DNA of 64,000 bases, taken from the NCBI GenBank assembly GCA_964016885.1, contig OZ024760.1:930001-994000 (forward strand), in the 5' to 3' direction. Under the pieces are notes generated by a model, which was not told the origin of the DNA, searched no databases, and saw nothing but the letters and a program-made list of their open reading frames with translations. The stretch comes from Eledone cirrhosa. Taxonomy: Eukaryota. The translations under genes and the position numbers were made by a program. Shown here piece by piece: positions 13,428 to 26,697 of the stretch; positions within the stretch are counted from its first letter, which is position 1; each line of letters begins with the position of its first letter.

Positions 13428-15176
13428 GTAGGAGACAGTAAAAAGGCTCCCAGTCATGTAGGAGACACGGTAAAAAGGCTCCCAGTCATGTAGGAGACAC
13501 AGTAAAAAGGCTCCCAGTCTTGTAGGAGACACGGTAAAAAGGCTCCCAGTCATGTAGGAGACACGGTAAAAAGGCTCCCAGTCATGTAGGAGACACGGTA
13601 AAAAGGCTCCCAGTCTTGTAGGAGACACAGTAAAAAGGCTCCCAGTCTTGTAGGAGACACGGTAAAAAGGCTCCCAGTCATGTAGGAGACACGGTAAAAA
13701 GGCTCCCAGTCATGTAGGAGACACGGTAAAAAGGCTCCCAGTCTTGTAGGAGACACGGTAAAAAGGCTCCCAGTCATGTAGGAGACACAGTAAAAAGGCT
13801 CCCAATCATGTAGGAGACAGGGTAAAAAGGCTCCCAGTCATGTAGGAGACACGGTAAAAAGGCTCCCAGTCTTGTTGGAGATACGGTAAAAAGGCTCCCA
13901 GTCATGTAGGAGACACAGTAAAAAGGCTCCCAGTCATGTAGGAGACACAGTAAAAAGGCTCCCAGTCTTGTAGGAGACACAGTAAAAAGGCTCCCAGTCT
14001 TGTAGGAGACACGGTAAAAAGGCTCCCAGTCATGTAGGAGACACGGTAAAAAGGCTCCCAGTCTTGTAGGAGACACGGTAAAAAGGCTCCCAGTCATGTA
14101 GGAGACACAGTAAAAAGGCTCCCAGTCATGTAGGAGACACAGTAAAAAGGCTCCCAGTCTTGTAGGAGACACAGTAAAAAGGCTCCCAGTCTTGTAGGAG
14201 ACACAGTAAAAAGGCTCCCAGTCTTGTAGGAGACACGGTAAAAAGGCTCCCAGTCATGTAGGAGACACGGTAAAAAGGCTCCCAGTCATGTAGGAGACAC
14301 GGTAAAAAGGCTCCCAGTCTTGTAGGAGACACGGTAAAAAGGCTCCCAGTCATGTAGGAGACACAGTAAAAAGGCTCCCAATCATGTAGGAGACAGGGTA
14401 AAAAGGCTCCCAGTCATGTAGGAGACATGGTAAAAAGGCTCCCAGTCTTGTTGGAGATACGGTAAAAAGGCTCCCAGTCATGTAGGAGACACAGTAAAAA
14501 GGCTCCCAGTCTTGTAGGAGACACGGTAAAAAGGCTCCCAGTCATGTAGGAGACACGGTAAAAAGGCTCCCAGTCATGTAGGAGACACGGTAAAAAGGCT
14601 CCGTCTTGTAGGAGACACGGTAAAAAGGCTCCCAGTCATGTAGGAGACACAGTAAAAAGGCTCCCAATCATGTAGGAGACAGGGTAAAAAGGCTCCCAGT
14701 GATGTAGGAGACACTGTAAAAAGGCTCCCAATCATGTAGGAGACAGGGTAAAAAGGCTCCCAGTCATGTAGGAGACACGGTAAAAAGGGTCCCAGTCATG
14801 TAGGAGACACAGTAAAAAGGCTCCCAGTCATGTAGGAGACACGGTAAAAAGGCTCCCAGTCATGTAGGAGACACGGTAAAAAGGCTCCCAGTCATGTAGG
14901 AGACACAGTAAAAAGGCTCCCAGTCATGTAGGAGACACGGTAAAAAGGCTCCCAGTCATGCAGGAGACACGGTAAAAAGGCTCCCAGTCATGTAGGAGAC
15001 ACAGTAAAAAGGCTCCCAATCATGTAGGAGACAGGGTAAAAAGGCTCCCAGTCATGTAGGAGACACAGTAAAAAGGCTCCCAGTCTTGTTGGAGATACGG
15101 TAAAAAGGCTCCCAGTCATGTAGGAGATATAGTAAAAAGGCTCCATGTAGGAGACACGGTAAAAAGGCTCCCAGTC
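13428..15176 (+). repeat. 32-bp minisatellite (gtaggagacacggtaaaaaggctcccagtcat), about 54 copies, inside an RTE-A-like 3' tail
   Basis: Contiguous units with few variant positions and no spacers; the right flank 15177-15300 continues as the retroposon 3' end with a (GAT)n tail. Confidence 0.97.
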
Positions 15177-15416
15177 CACACTGTAAATGTGGCCATCCAG
15201 CCATAGAAAACCTGCCAGGTACAATCTTGCCTCAAGTGGGACAATTCCCATCTAACCCATGCTAGTGTGGAAGATAGATGTTAAACGATGATGTTGATGA
15301 TGGTATGTGTTTGTGCATAGAACAATAAAGTCAGAAGTAAGGTGTAGGTAAATAGTTCATTGCTTTACAATCATTTCAGACAGATTATATATACATATAT
15401 ATATATATTCAGACTG

Positions 15417-15481
<65 letters not shown>

Positions 15482-15573
15482 AACTCAACCACTACTAAGC
15501 TTAGTCAATGTATTGACTGACTATCATGGTAGTGGTTAAGTTACTATCTATTTCTAGTCTCGAAATCCCTGTT

Positions 15574-15604
<31 letters not shown>

Positions 15605-15651
15605 GGTTTGTTTTTTTTTTAAATCCACTGTCAATAAATACACCAGGATTT

Positions 15652-15711
15652 TTTCATTCTGATGAATGAAAGCAAATTTGTTTGCTTTCAAGAAACCACT
15701 GGTAAATGAAA
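15652..15711 (+). ncRNA. Type I hammerhead ribozyme, intact core
   Basis: tttcatt-CTGATGA-a-tgaaagcaaa tttg tttgctttca-a-GAA-Acc act ggT-A-aatgaaa: 7-bp stem I, 10-bp stem II, GUA cleavage triplet. Confidence 0.85.
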
Positions 15712-15880
15712 TATTTATCTTATGTTCTTTATTACATAACTAATAAGCTCTGTAACCTACATAGAGCATATATATATATATATATGTGAAGTAATTCCGT
15801 CGGAAAGGTCCAGGAAAAAAGAGTGCTCTATGTAGGTTACAGAGCTTATTAGTTATGTAATAAACAACATGAGATAATTA

Positions 15881-15940
15881 TTTCATTTACCAGTGGTTTC
15901 TTGAAAGCAAACAAATTTGCTTTCATTCATCAGAATGAAA
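15881..15940 (-). ncRNA. Type I hammerhead ribozyme, inverted identical copy
   Basis: Reverse complement of 15652-15711 within 136-bp inverted arms 15633-15768 / 15824-15959. Confidence 0.85.
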
Positions 15941-16504
15941 AAATCCTGGTGTATTTATTTATTATATATATATATATACAAAATAGGGAGTGCACAGGAC
16001 AAAGACAATAGAAAAAAAAAACAACAGAAAGACGGACTGTCCCATCTCCTCAGTGAACTTCTCGAAATCACTAAGATTTCAGGTTATTAAGGTTGATACC
16101 ATTGATTCCAGTGCACATTGGGACATAACAAAAACAAGTAGAGACAAGTTATACCTTTAGGTAAATTACACAAATATAGAGTGTACAAGGGCTTAGCCAG
16201 AGGAGGAAAATATTGAAAGGAAAGAAATAGTAAAACAGAAGAGAATAAGGATATTGAGGTGTAGAAGAGGTAAGAAGGGAGATTAGGGGAAAACAGGCCG
16301 GGTGTGTGTATATATATATATATATATTTATATATATGTGTGTGTATATACATATATATACATGTGTGTGTGTGTGTATATATATAACAAAGGAAGTGTG
16401 GTAAGGAACCAGATGGACCATAACGCACCAGAGTACTCAATACTTAGGGTAGTATAAATAGCCATCGAAACGACTTGAGCTCTCCTGGCAGGGTTAAACC
16501 TTTT

Positions 16505-16539
<35 letters not shown>

Positions 16540-16556
16540 GCACACATGCATGTGTG

Positions 16557-16601
<45 letters not shown>

Positions 16602-16924
16602 ATCTGTGTATACATACACTTGTGTGTATCTGGAGGTGAGAAAGATATTTCACTTCATGACATCAGCAAATATTCTGACAAAAAAAAAAAAAATCTACAT
16701 AAACAGAAAAAAAATCACGAATTCCTTTGTTTTCCCTTTCTTTTCTTCTCTCTTTCTTTATTTTCTTTTTCTTTTTTGAGTCTTTTGTTCTTTTGTCTTT
16801 GTTTGTTTTACATTTTTACATTTCCCTGCCTGTGTGTTACACTGATTTCTTTTTTTCTTTAATCAGACAATGAGATCTAAGTTAGTAACCACCACTACTA
16901 CTACTACTAGTAATACTAATAATG

Positions 16925-16957
<33 letters not shown>

Positions 16958-17057
16958 GGCCATCTCACCACTCCTCAAGAACACACAATACCTGCCTGGT
17001 CATGGAATGTGATGGCCCAGCCACCATATGCCACTGAGGAAGGCGGATGTAAAATGA

Positions 17058-17097
<40 letters not shown>

Positions 17098-17099
<2 letters not shown>

Positions 17100-18154
17100 T
17101 CATCATCATCATCAACGTTTAACGTCCGTGTTCCACGCTTGCATGGGTTTGGACGGGGGTAGTCCCACTTGAGGCAAGAGTGATTGTCTTGCTCGCATAG
17201 GACTGTCTGGCAGGTTTTCTACAGTTGGATGCCCTTCCTAACACCAACCACATTTACAGTGTGGGTCTGGGAGGTTTTTACCGTGTTGCCTACACGGCCA
17301 CATTACAGCGTGGACTGTGTGTTTTTTTGTCGTGACACCTACACGATCTCATTTGTTTCGGCCTCGATGGCGCGGCACCAACATAACTTTACATAGAACG
17401 GGGTGGTGTGGATCGGGTGGGGGTGGTGGTGGTGGGACGGGGTGTATTTTGTTAGAGATGCCTACTGGCTGGAGTAGGTTTTACTATATATTTAGGTAAG
17501 GCGGGTCTTCTCTGTTACTGAGTACCGCCAAAGGTCTCGGTCCAGTGACATTGTCTTGGAGAGGTGTAAGTGTGTGATGTCGGAGTTTATCAGCTCGTCC
17601 CAGGTTTTTCTAGGTCTGCCTATTCCGTGACTACCGTCTATCTTTATTGTCCTGCACTTTGTTATACAGCTATCGACTTTCATGCGCATCACGTGTCCAT
17701 ACCAACGTAGCCTTCTCTCGAGTAAACAACATCTGATCCCTCTTATCTCTAATTTTTTCCTTAGTTCGTTTATGCTTTGCCGTTCACGTATATTACTGTT
17801 ACACATCCAGCGGAGCATGCAAGCTTCGTTCCTCTCTAGTCTGCGTATATCCTCTGCACACAATGCCCAGGTCTCACTGCCATGCAGCATTGCTGTTCGT
17901 ATGCAGGCATCGTACAACCTGCCTTTCATTTTTAGTGAGAACCCTTTAGCAGCTAATAGTGGTATAAGCTCTCTGAACTTTTTCCAACCAGTTCTGACTC
18001 TAGCTACAGTACTTTCAGAGCACCCTCCCCCACTGCTGATTTTATCGCCCAGGTAACGGAAGCTGTCCACTATTTCTATAGAACCCTCTGCGCAATTGAA
18101 AGAGCTAGTATTTTGTGGGCACTTGCTGCTACTTATTGCACCAGAGCACCGGCC
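17098..18154 (-). mobile_element. 5'-truncated RTE-clade LINE (family A): RT C-terminal region plus ~390-bp 3' UTR and (GAT)n tail
   Basis: ORF 17492-18070 has [25 protein letters not shown] and GRPRKTW, typical of the RTE C-terminus. Confidence 0.92.
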
Positions 18155-18238
18155 TATATATATATATAAAACCCATGCTAGCGTGGAAGATAGGCGTTAA
18201 ACGATGATGATGATGATATATGTACATATATATATATA

Positions 18239-18278
<40 letters not shown>

Positions 18279-18727
18279 ATTCATGGGCTGACCAAGTTAC
18301 TCTCATGGATAGTCAGTCAGCCTATGTACTTTTCAACCAACCCTCATATATAACGAAGGAGGTGTGGTAAGAAACTAGATGGACCGTAATGTACCAGAGT
18401 ACTCAATACTTAGGGTAGTAGAGTGGGTAATAGGGAAATGTTTGACCCCGACGGCAGAGCTCAAGCCGTTTTGACGGCTATTTCTAGTCCAGAAATAGCC
18501 GTCGAAATTTGTTTACAAAATTTAGTAGATAAATTATGTAATATTCATTCATTTAACTTTGCCTTTCATCCTAACGGGGTCGATAAAATAAAGTACCAGT
18601 AATGTACTGGGTAATTGCTGGCCTTGTGCCAAAAGTAGAAACAATTATTTATTCAAAGTAATCCAACTTATTTTACTAACGGGATAAAAAAAAAAAACGT
18701 ACGCAGTCCCGCAGACCTTCCTTTATT

Positions 18728-18785
<58 letters not shown>

Positions 18786-19059
18786 TATTCATTTATTATG
18801 GCTAAGTGTGAGCCTTGTTACTCTGAATTTTCACCTGCACTTTCTCAAGATCATCTCCACTTTGGTATTGTGTACTCATTCTTATGTCCATCAATAATAC
18901 ATGGATATATATACACACTCACACACACACATATATATATATATATATTTACACACATACATACACACACAAGGTCTCAAATTTGATCGCTCTTCCACTC
19001 TGCACCATTGTGTAGCATTTTGTGTTCAAGAATCTTCATTTTTCATTGCTATTCATGAT

Positions 19060-19670
19060 AGGACTTTGGGTCCTTATTAACATATCCAAGTTACATCCTA
19101 TGAGTTATAACCTCATAGAAAGCCAGCTAAATCTGCATAGGTGTGAGTTATAACAACATAAGTCTGTGGTCCCTATCATTAAAAGGCCCAAGAAACCACC
19201 TATGGGTTATTACCTTATAGGAGGCCAGCTAAACCTACAAAGGTGTGAGTTATAACAACATAAGACTTTAAACCGGCTGTATCCAGCCAGAATTCTCTCA
19301 CTTCTTTCTGTTCAAACTGACCACAACCGACTGCTTATACTTTTGTTAAGGTATTGTTCTCACAATAAATAACATCACAATCTCATAGATTCAATATTAT
19401 GTGAGATAATTATGTAAAATAAAGACTTTGCCATAAAAATACAGTAGTATATATAGAGTAATGTAAATGCTAAAGGGTTAAAAGACCCAAGAATGCGCCT
19501 ATGAGATATAACTTCATAGAAAGCCAGCTAAACCTACACAGGGGTGAACTGTAATAACAAAATATGTGTATTCCATATTATAGGATTAAGGGCCCTTATC
19601 ATTAAAATGTGACAAACCTATGACATGCAACCTCATAGGAAACCAGCTAAACCTACATAGGTGTGGACTG
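19060..19670. repeat. Diverged ~100-110-bp tandem repeat interrupted by a piggyBac-type MITE (~19267-19477, left TIR lost)
   Basis: cctatg.g.tat.acctcatag.aagccagctaaacctaca.aggtgtg occurs four times; the MITE right end taaatgctaaaggg-TTAA abuts aagacccaag of the unit. Confidence 0.75.
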
Positions 19671-20073
19671 CAAATCTTTTTTCGCTTTTTTTTATTCATT
19701 TCAAAGGTAATAGTGAAGAAGCTCAGCCTAATGGTTAGGGTGTTGAACTCGCAATCATACAGTTGTGTGTGTGATTTCTAGTCCAGGTAGCATGTTGTGT
19801 TCTTGAGCAAGATGCTCCTTTTCTTGATAGGACTTGGACCCCTATCATTAAAACATCAAAGAAAATTCCTATGTGCATACATAAATATAAACATACATAC
19901 ATACATGATGGCTGCCTCCTCGTTATCGAGTATGGCCATTGCACGATATACCATTATTAATAATTATTAATTAATTCTAATGTGCAATGCCTGTGCATGA
20001 AGATTTTTACATACATACATATGTATATGCATGCATGCATGCATGCATACAAACATACATATATACATACATG

Positions 20074-20280
20074 ATCATCATCATCATCGTTTTACGTCCA
20101 CTTTTCCCTGCTTGCAAGGGTGGGACAGTTCCTATTCAGCACAGCATCTCTTCACTTGTCACGGTCCTTTGTCATCTCCACCATGAGCTTCAGCAAGCTG
20201 GGGTCAGCTCTCACCACCTCCGCCCATGTTTTTCGTGGTCTTCCTCTACTATGTCTTCCTTCTACCGGCATGTCTTGGCA
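20074..20280 (-). mobile_element. 3' end of RTE family B
   Basis: Translates to [24 protein letters not shown]; matches 30060-30260. Confidence 0.85.
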
Positions 20281-20599
20281 TACATATAAACATGCATACA
20301 TACATACATACATACATATACATACATATATACATACATGCATATATATATATGCATACATACATACATGCATACATATACATACATACATATATACATG
20401 CATTCATATATATATGCATACATACATACATATATGCTTACATATACATACATACATATATGCTTACATACATATATACATACATGCATATATATATATG
20501 CATACATACATATATGCATACATATACATACATACATATATGCTAACATACATATATACATTCATATATATATATGCATACATACATATAGATATGCAT

Positions 20600-20650
<51 letters not shown>

Positions 20651-20964
20651 TACATATAGATAGAAATACATACACCAATACACACACATACACCAATACA
20701 CACACACTCAGACAGTCAGACACACACAGATATTTAGGTCAAAGCAATGTAAATATCATAATTGGTTAAGTGTCTTTGACATCTGTCTCTTCATCTATTG
20801 TACCTGGTAGCTACCCCCCCCCCCCCCCCCCCTTACCTGGTAGCTACCCCCCCTTACCTGGTAGCTCCTCCCCTCCGGGTAGCTCCCCCCCCCCCCTCCA
20901 CACCATTTTTTTTCTCTCATATCAAACAAGGACTGGCTACAAAAGGGGTGGCGGTGAGCATTGT

Positions 20965-21690
20965 GCTGAAGTGGTGGTGGTGGTGGAGAGCATGGTACTG
21001 ATGTGATGGTGGTGGTGATGGTGCTGATGTGATGATGGTGGTGATGATGGTGGTGCTGATGTGATGATGGTGGTGCTGATGTGATGGTGGTGGTGCTGAT
21101 GTGATGGTGATGGTGGTGCTGATGTGATGATGGTGGTGGTGGTGCTGATGATGATGGTGGTGGAGAGCATGGTACTGATGTGATGGTGGTGGTGATGGTG
21201 CTGATGTGATGATGATGGTGGTGCTGATGTGATGGTGGTGGTGGGGGTGCTGATGTGATGGTGGTGGTGATGGTGATGGTGGTGGTGATGGTGGTGGTGG
21301 TGGCAGTGATGGTAGTGGTAACAGTGGTGGTGGTAATGGTAATGATGGTATTGATGGTGGCGGTGGTAGTTGTGGTGGTGGTGGTGATGGTAGTTGTGGT
21401 GGTGGTGACAATAATAGTAGTGATGGTAATGCTAATGGTAGTGATGATGGTGGTGGTGGTGGTGGTGGTGGTTGTCGTGGCGACGGTAGTGCTAATGGCA
21501 GTGATGATGGTGATGGTAGAGATGATGGTGATAATGGTAGTGGTGACAGTGACGGTGATGGAGGTGGTAGTGTTGGTGACATTAATGAGGTGGTGGTAAT
21601 AGTAGTAATTGATGATGGTAGTGGTGATAGTAATGGCAGTGATAATGATGATGATGATGATGATTTTGATGATGGTAATGGCAGTGCTGA
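20965..21690. repeat. GGT/GAT compound trinucleotide tract
   Basis: Direct inspection. Confidence 0.9.
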
Positions 21691-21965
21691 ACACTTTGGC
21701 ATATTTCTAACAGCTGCACCATGTCTTATCTCCAACCTGCGGGCTGCTGCCAGTTAAAAAAGTCCTGCCGAAAAATACCTTTTTTTTTTAATTTCACCCT
21801 CTCCCCCTCCCTGACCCCCCCCCCCGTTTCTGATAGAAGAAATTGCCATTTCTCGTCCCACCGTGCCATAAGCTTGCTTTTTCTTCATTTTCTTCGTTCT
21901 AAAACAAACGTTTTGGCAATTTTTGGAATCAATTAACAGGAGAGCTGTTGGCGGCAAATATGTTA

Positions 21966-22005
<40 letters not shown>

Positions 22006-22006
<1 letters not shown>

Positions 22007-23121
22007 AGGGTGCTGGTTTGGCAGTATTGGTAGACACCATGCTTCGCGGCATAAAGTTACAGTCCTTTACGGTCTGTGTTCAAATCCCGCTGAGGTTAAC
22101 TTTGCCCTTCATCCTTACGGGGTCGATAAAATAAAGTACCAGTCATGCACTGGGGTCGATTTAATCGACTTTCCTCTCCCCAGAATTGCTGGCCTTGTGC
22201 CTATACTAGAAATCATTATTATTATTATTTTTTTTTTTTTTTACATGCAGAAATGCCCTGTACTGTCCTTAATGTTATATTTTATGTCAACCCTTTTGGT
22301 TAATAAAGAAAGCATTATTATTATTATTATAGCATAATAATAATTAGCATAAGGCGGTGGATTGGCAGTATCGGAAGAGGGTCGGACGCCATGCATTGAC
22401 GCATAGAGTTACGGCCCTTGCCATTCTGAGTTCAAATCCCGCCGAGGTTAACTTTGCCTTTCATCCTTACGGGGTCGATAAAATAAAGTACCAGTAATGC
22501 ACTGGGTAATTGCTGGCCTTGTGCCTAACGTAGAAACAATTATTATTATTAGCATAAGGGTGATGGATTGGCAGTTATCGATAGACACCATGCTTTGTGG
22601 CATAGAGTTGTGGTCTTTTACGTTCTGAGTTCAAATCCTGCCGAGGTTAGCTTTGCCTTTCATCCTTACAGGGTTGATAAAATATGGTACCAGTCACACA
22701 CTGGGTTCGATTTAAATTGACTTTCCCCTCCCCCAAATTGTTGGCCTTGTGCTTAAATCAGAAACCATTATTTTTATTACTATTAGGGGCGGTGGATTGG
22801 CAGTATCCATAAGGATGAAAGGCAAAGTTAACCTTGGCGGGATTTGAACTCAGACCATAAAGGGCCGTAGCTCTTTGCTGCAAAGCATGGCGTCCAACCC
22901 TTTACCGATACTGCCAATCCTCAAGATAAATATAATTGTTTCTACTTTTGGCACAAGGCCAGCAATTATCTCAATGTATTACTGGTACTTTATTTATCGA
23001 CCCCGTAAGGATGAAAGGCAAAGTTAACCTCGGCGGGATTTGAACTCAGATCATAAAGGGGTCGTAACTCTTTGCTACAAAGCATGGCGTCCGACCCTCT
23101 ACCGATACTGCCAATCCACCA
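22006..23121. mobile_element. Array of SINE family M: three plus copies and a head fragment, then two minus copies
   Basis: A-box-like tggcagtatcgg, B-box gttcaaatcc, conserved centre and (ATT)n tails repeated head-to-tail; orientation flips at ~22808. Confidence 0.9.
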
Positions 23122-24191
23122 CAAGATATATTAATCTAACTATGATTCTAAGCTGGTATTTGGAAGAACATAACTTCAAGAAAAATTCTTCCATAGAATT
23201 ATGATGGGAGGTTTTTTAAAGATAAATATAATATCAGTTTAACACCACTTTTTCTTACCATGACTCTAAAGCTGCTATTTGGAACATAACTTCAGGAAAT
23301 GTTCTTCCATAAAACTATGATGGAAGGGTTTCTTTTCTTTTTTTTTTTTTTAGATAAACTATAAACAAATATATAAACATACACGAGTGTATATCAAAGA
23401 AACAAGGGAGGCTCTGAAGCAAGTTAGTATCAAAAGGGTTAATAAAATTTATAGGCCACTTAGTTGTTGGTAATTTTTCGGTGCAACATGGTGCTCAAAA
23501 AGCGCTGGGTACTAAAATACTAAATAGCATTTTTTTTGGTTTATTCCTTCAGACTTACAGCAACAACTGCAACAACTATGTCTTGTTTTATTTCCTTCTC
23601 TCCTTCATTTTATATTATTACTATTATTATTGTTACCATTATTATTATTACTATTATTATTATTATTATTATTGTTGTTTTTTTTCTCTTGAGATTTACT
23701 AGCAGTCATTGCTGGTGGTCTTTTCTTTAAGAATGGTGTGTTTTTGAAAGCGGGGTGTGTGTGTGTTGAGAAAAATATAAAATATTTGAGTGGGTTTTTC
23801 GATTTTTATGTCTTCTTAAGTCCTGTTGCATGTGTGTGTGTGTGTGTAACTGTGAGAGAGAGGGTGGAATGCTGTCTGGGTAGGTAGAGGGAGTGGGCTT
23901 TATTTTATTTATTTATTTTTTTTTTGTTGATTTTTATTTTCATGTTTTGGGTTTTTTTTGGGTTTTTTTTACTACATATTTTATTATATATTTTTCATTG
24001 CAGCCATCTGGCTTTTAATACGACCCATCCCCCATCACACCACACCACACACCACCCCATACCATCGCCAGCCTCTTTTTATAATGTTTATATGGTTAAT
24101 GGGGTGGCTGGCCTCATTTGTCATTGTTGTTGCTGGTGATGGTGATGATGATGATTATGGGGATGGTGGTGGTGTTGATGATGTGGATGGT

Positions 24192-24391
24192 NNNNNNNNN
24201 NNNNNNNNNNNNNNNNNNNNNNNNNNNNNNNNNNNNNNNNNNNNNNNNNNNNNNNNNNNNNNNNNNNNNNNNNNNNNNNNNNNNNNNNNNNNNNNNNNNN
24301 NNNNNNNNNNNNNNNNNNNNNNNNNNNNNNNNNNNNNNNNNNNNNNNNNNNNNNNNNNNNNNNNNNNNNNNNNNNNNNNNNNNNNNNNNNN
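24192..24391. other. Assembly gap (200 N)
   Basis: Run of exactly 200 N; true distance across it is unknown. Confidence 1.
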
Positions 24392-24709
24392 ATTCGATTC
24401 TTTGATTGGACAGTACATTGTGTTCTTGAGCAAGTAGAACACTTGTGTACCAAGGGGCAGATTTTAGGGACCACTAACCTAGACAGAAACTGGAGTCATG
24501 CTAGCATTGCTGTAAAGTAGTCCTGTTCAATGATATTTCCATTAAGATAAGTTGAGTTTGTTAGTTTAGATTGACAAGGTTTTGTGTACTTTAACTGCAA
24601 CCAATCGGTAGAACAGGCTGTCATTAATGAAAACACTTTGGTTTAATTACTGATTACTAATTGTTCCGTTATTATTGGTGTAAATATTGACATAAGCAAA
24701 CAGCACTCT

Positions 24710-25485
24710 CACCCTTACCCTCATCACGACTACCTTCACCACCACCACCTTCACCACCCTCACCACAACTACCTTCATCAATACCACCTTCACCACCACC
24801 CTCACCACAACTACCTTCATCAATACCACCTTCACCACCACCCTCACCACAACTACCTTCATCAATACCACCTTCACCACCACCCTCACCACAACTACCT
24901 TCACCAATACCACCCTCACCACAACCACCACCACCTTCACCACTCAGCACCACCACCACCCTCACCAATACCACCTTCACCACCACCGCTCTCACCAATA
25001 CCACCTTCACCACAACCACCCTCACCACCACCGCCCTCACCAATACCACCTTCACCACCACCACCACCACCACCACCATGACTACCTTCACCAATACCAC
25101 CTTCACCACCACCCTCACCACAACTACCTTCACCAATACCACCTTCACCACCACCCTCACCACGACTACCTTCACCACTCAGCACCACCACCACCACCAC
25201 CCTCACCAATACCACCTTCACCACCACTGCCCTCACCAATACCACCTTCACCACCACTGCCCTCACCAATACCACCTTCACCACCACTGCCCTCACCAAT
25301 ACCACCTTCACCACCACTGCCCTCACCAATACCACCTTCACCACCACTGCCCTCACCAATACCACCTTCACCACCACCGCCCTCACCAATACCACCTTCA
25401 CCACCACCGCCCTCACCAATACCACCTTCACCACCACCATGACTACCTTTACCAATACCACTTTCAGCCCCACCCTCACCATAAC
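24710..25485. repeat. CAC-rich minisatellite with 42-bp and 30-bp units
   Basis: cctcaccaataccaccttcaccaccactgc repeated almost perfectly at 25201-25435. Confidence 0.9.
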
Positions 25486-25605
25486 CATACAGATACAGAA
25501 AACTTAATTAATTCATTACTTCTTTCTATGTATGTGCAAATATTTATTTTTGCTCTCAAGTTAATTTCATGGCTTGAAATTCAAGTGTATGTATGTGTGT
25601 GTGTA

Positions 25606-25705
<100 letters not shown>

Positions 25706-25795
25706 AGTGTGTGTAATTCAAAATCTTACTCATCAGTTTACTACTGGGGATCACTATGGTTTGCAAAACAAATACATAGCCCTTTATATATATAT

Positions 25796-25966
25796 GGAAG
25801 AGGAAGACCACGAAAAACATGTGCGGAGGTGGTGAGCGCTGAGCACAGATCGCTGAAGCTCACAGAAGAGATGACGAAGGACCGTGACGAATGGATAGAT
25901 GCTGAATAGGACCCATCCCACCCTTGCAAGCAGGGAAAAGTCGACGTATGATGATGATGATGATGA
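25796..25966 (+). mobile_element. 3' end of RTE family B
   Basis: Translates to [13 protein letters not shown]...EMTKDRDEW; (GAT)n tail. Confidence 0.85.
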
Positions 25967-26037
25967 TATATATATATATGTGTGTGTGTGTGTATATATA
26001 TATGTGTGTGTGTGCATGTGTGTGTTTGTGTATATAT

Positions 26038-26480
<443 letters not shown>

Positions 26481-26697
26481 GTGTGTTTGTGTGTATGTAT
26501 GTATGTATATGTGCATATACACAAACACATACACTCATAGTTTCTCTCTCTCTCTCTTATTCTCACACTCCACCCTTCCCTCCTGCTCACACAATGCTAT
26601 CCAGACCATATAATAAACATTTATAATCATATTAGTTCCCTATCATTAACTTCCAATTGTGATATAATGTCGTTTCTCCTATTTTACACTCTATACA

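Noticed and set aside
13428-15176. CRISPR-like regular 32-bp repeats
   Set aside because: Units are contiguous with no unique spacers, there are no cas genes, the context is eukaryotic, and the unit derives from an RTE UTR
23958-24474. ORFs spanning the N run
   Set aside because: Artefacts of the assembly gap
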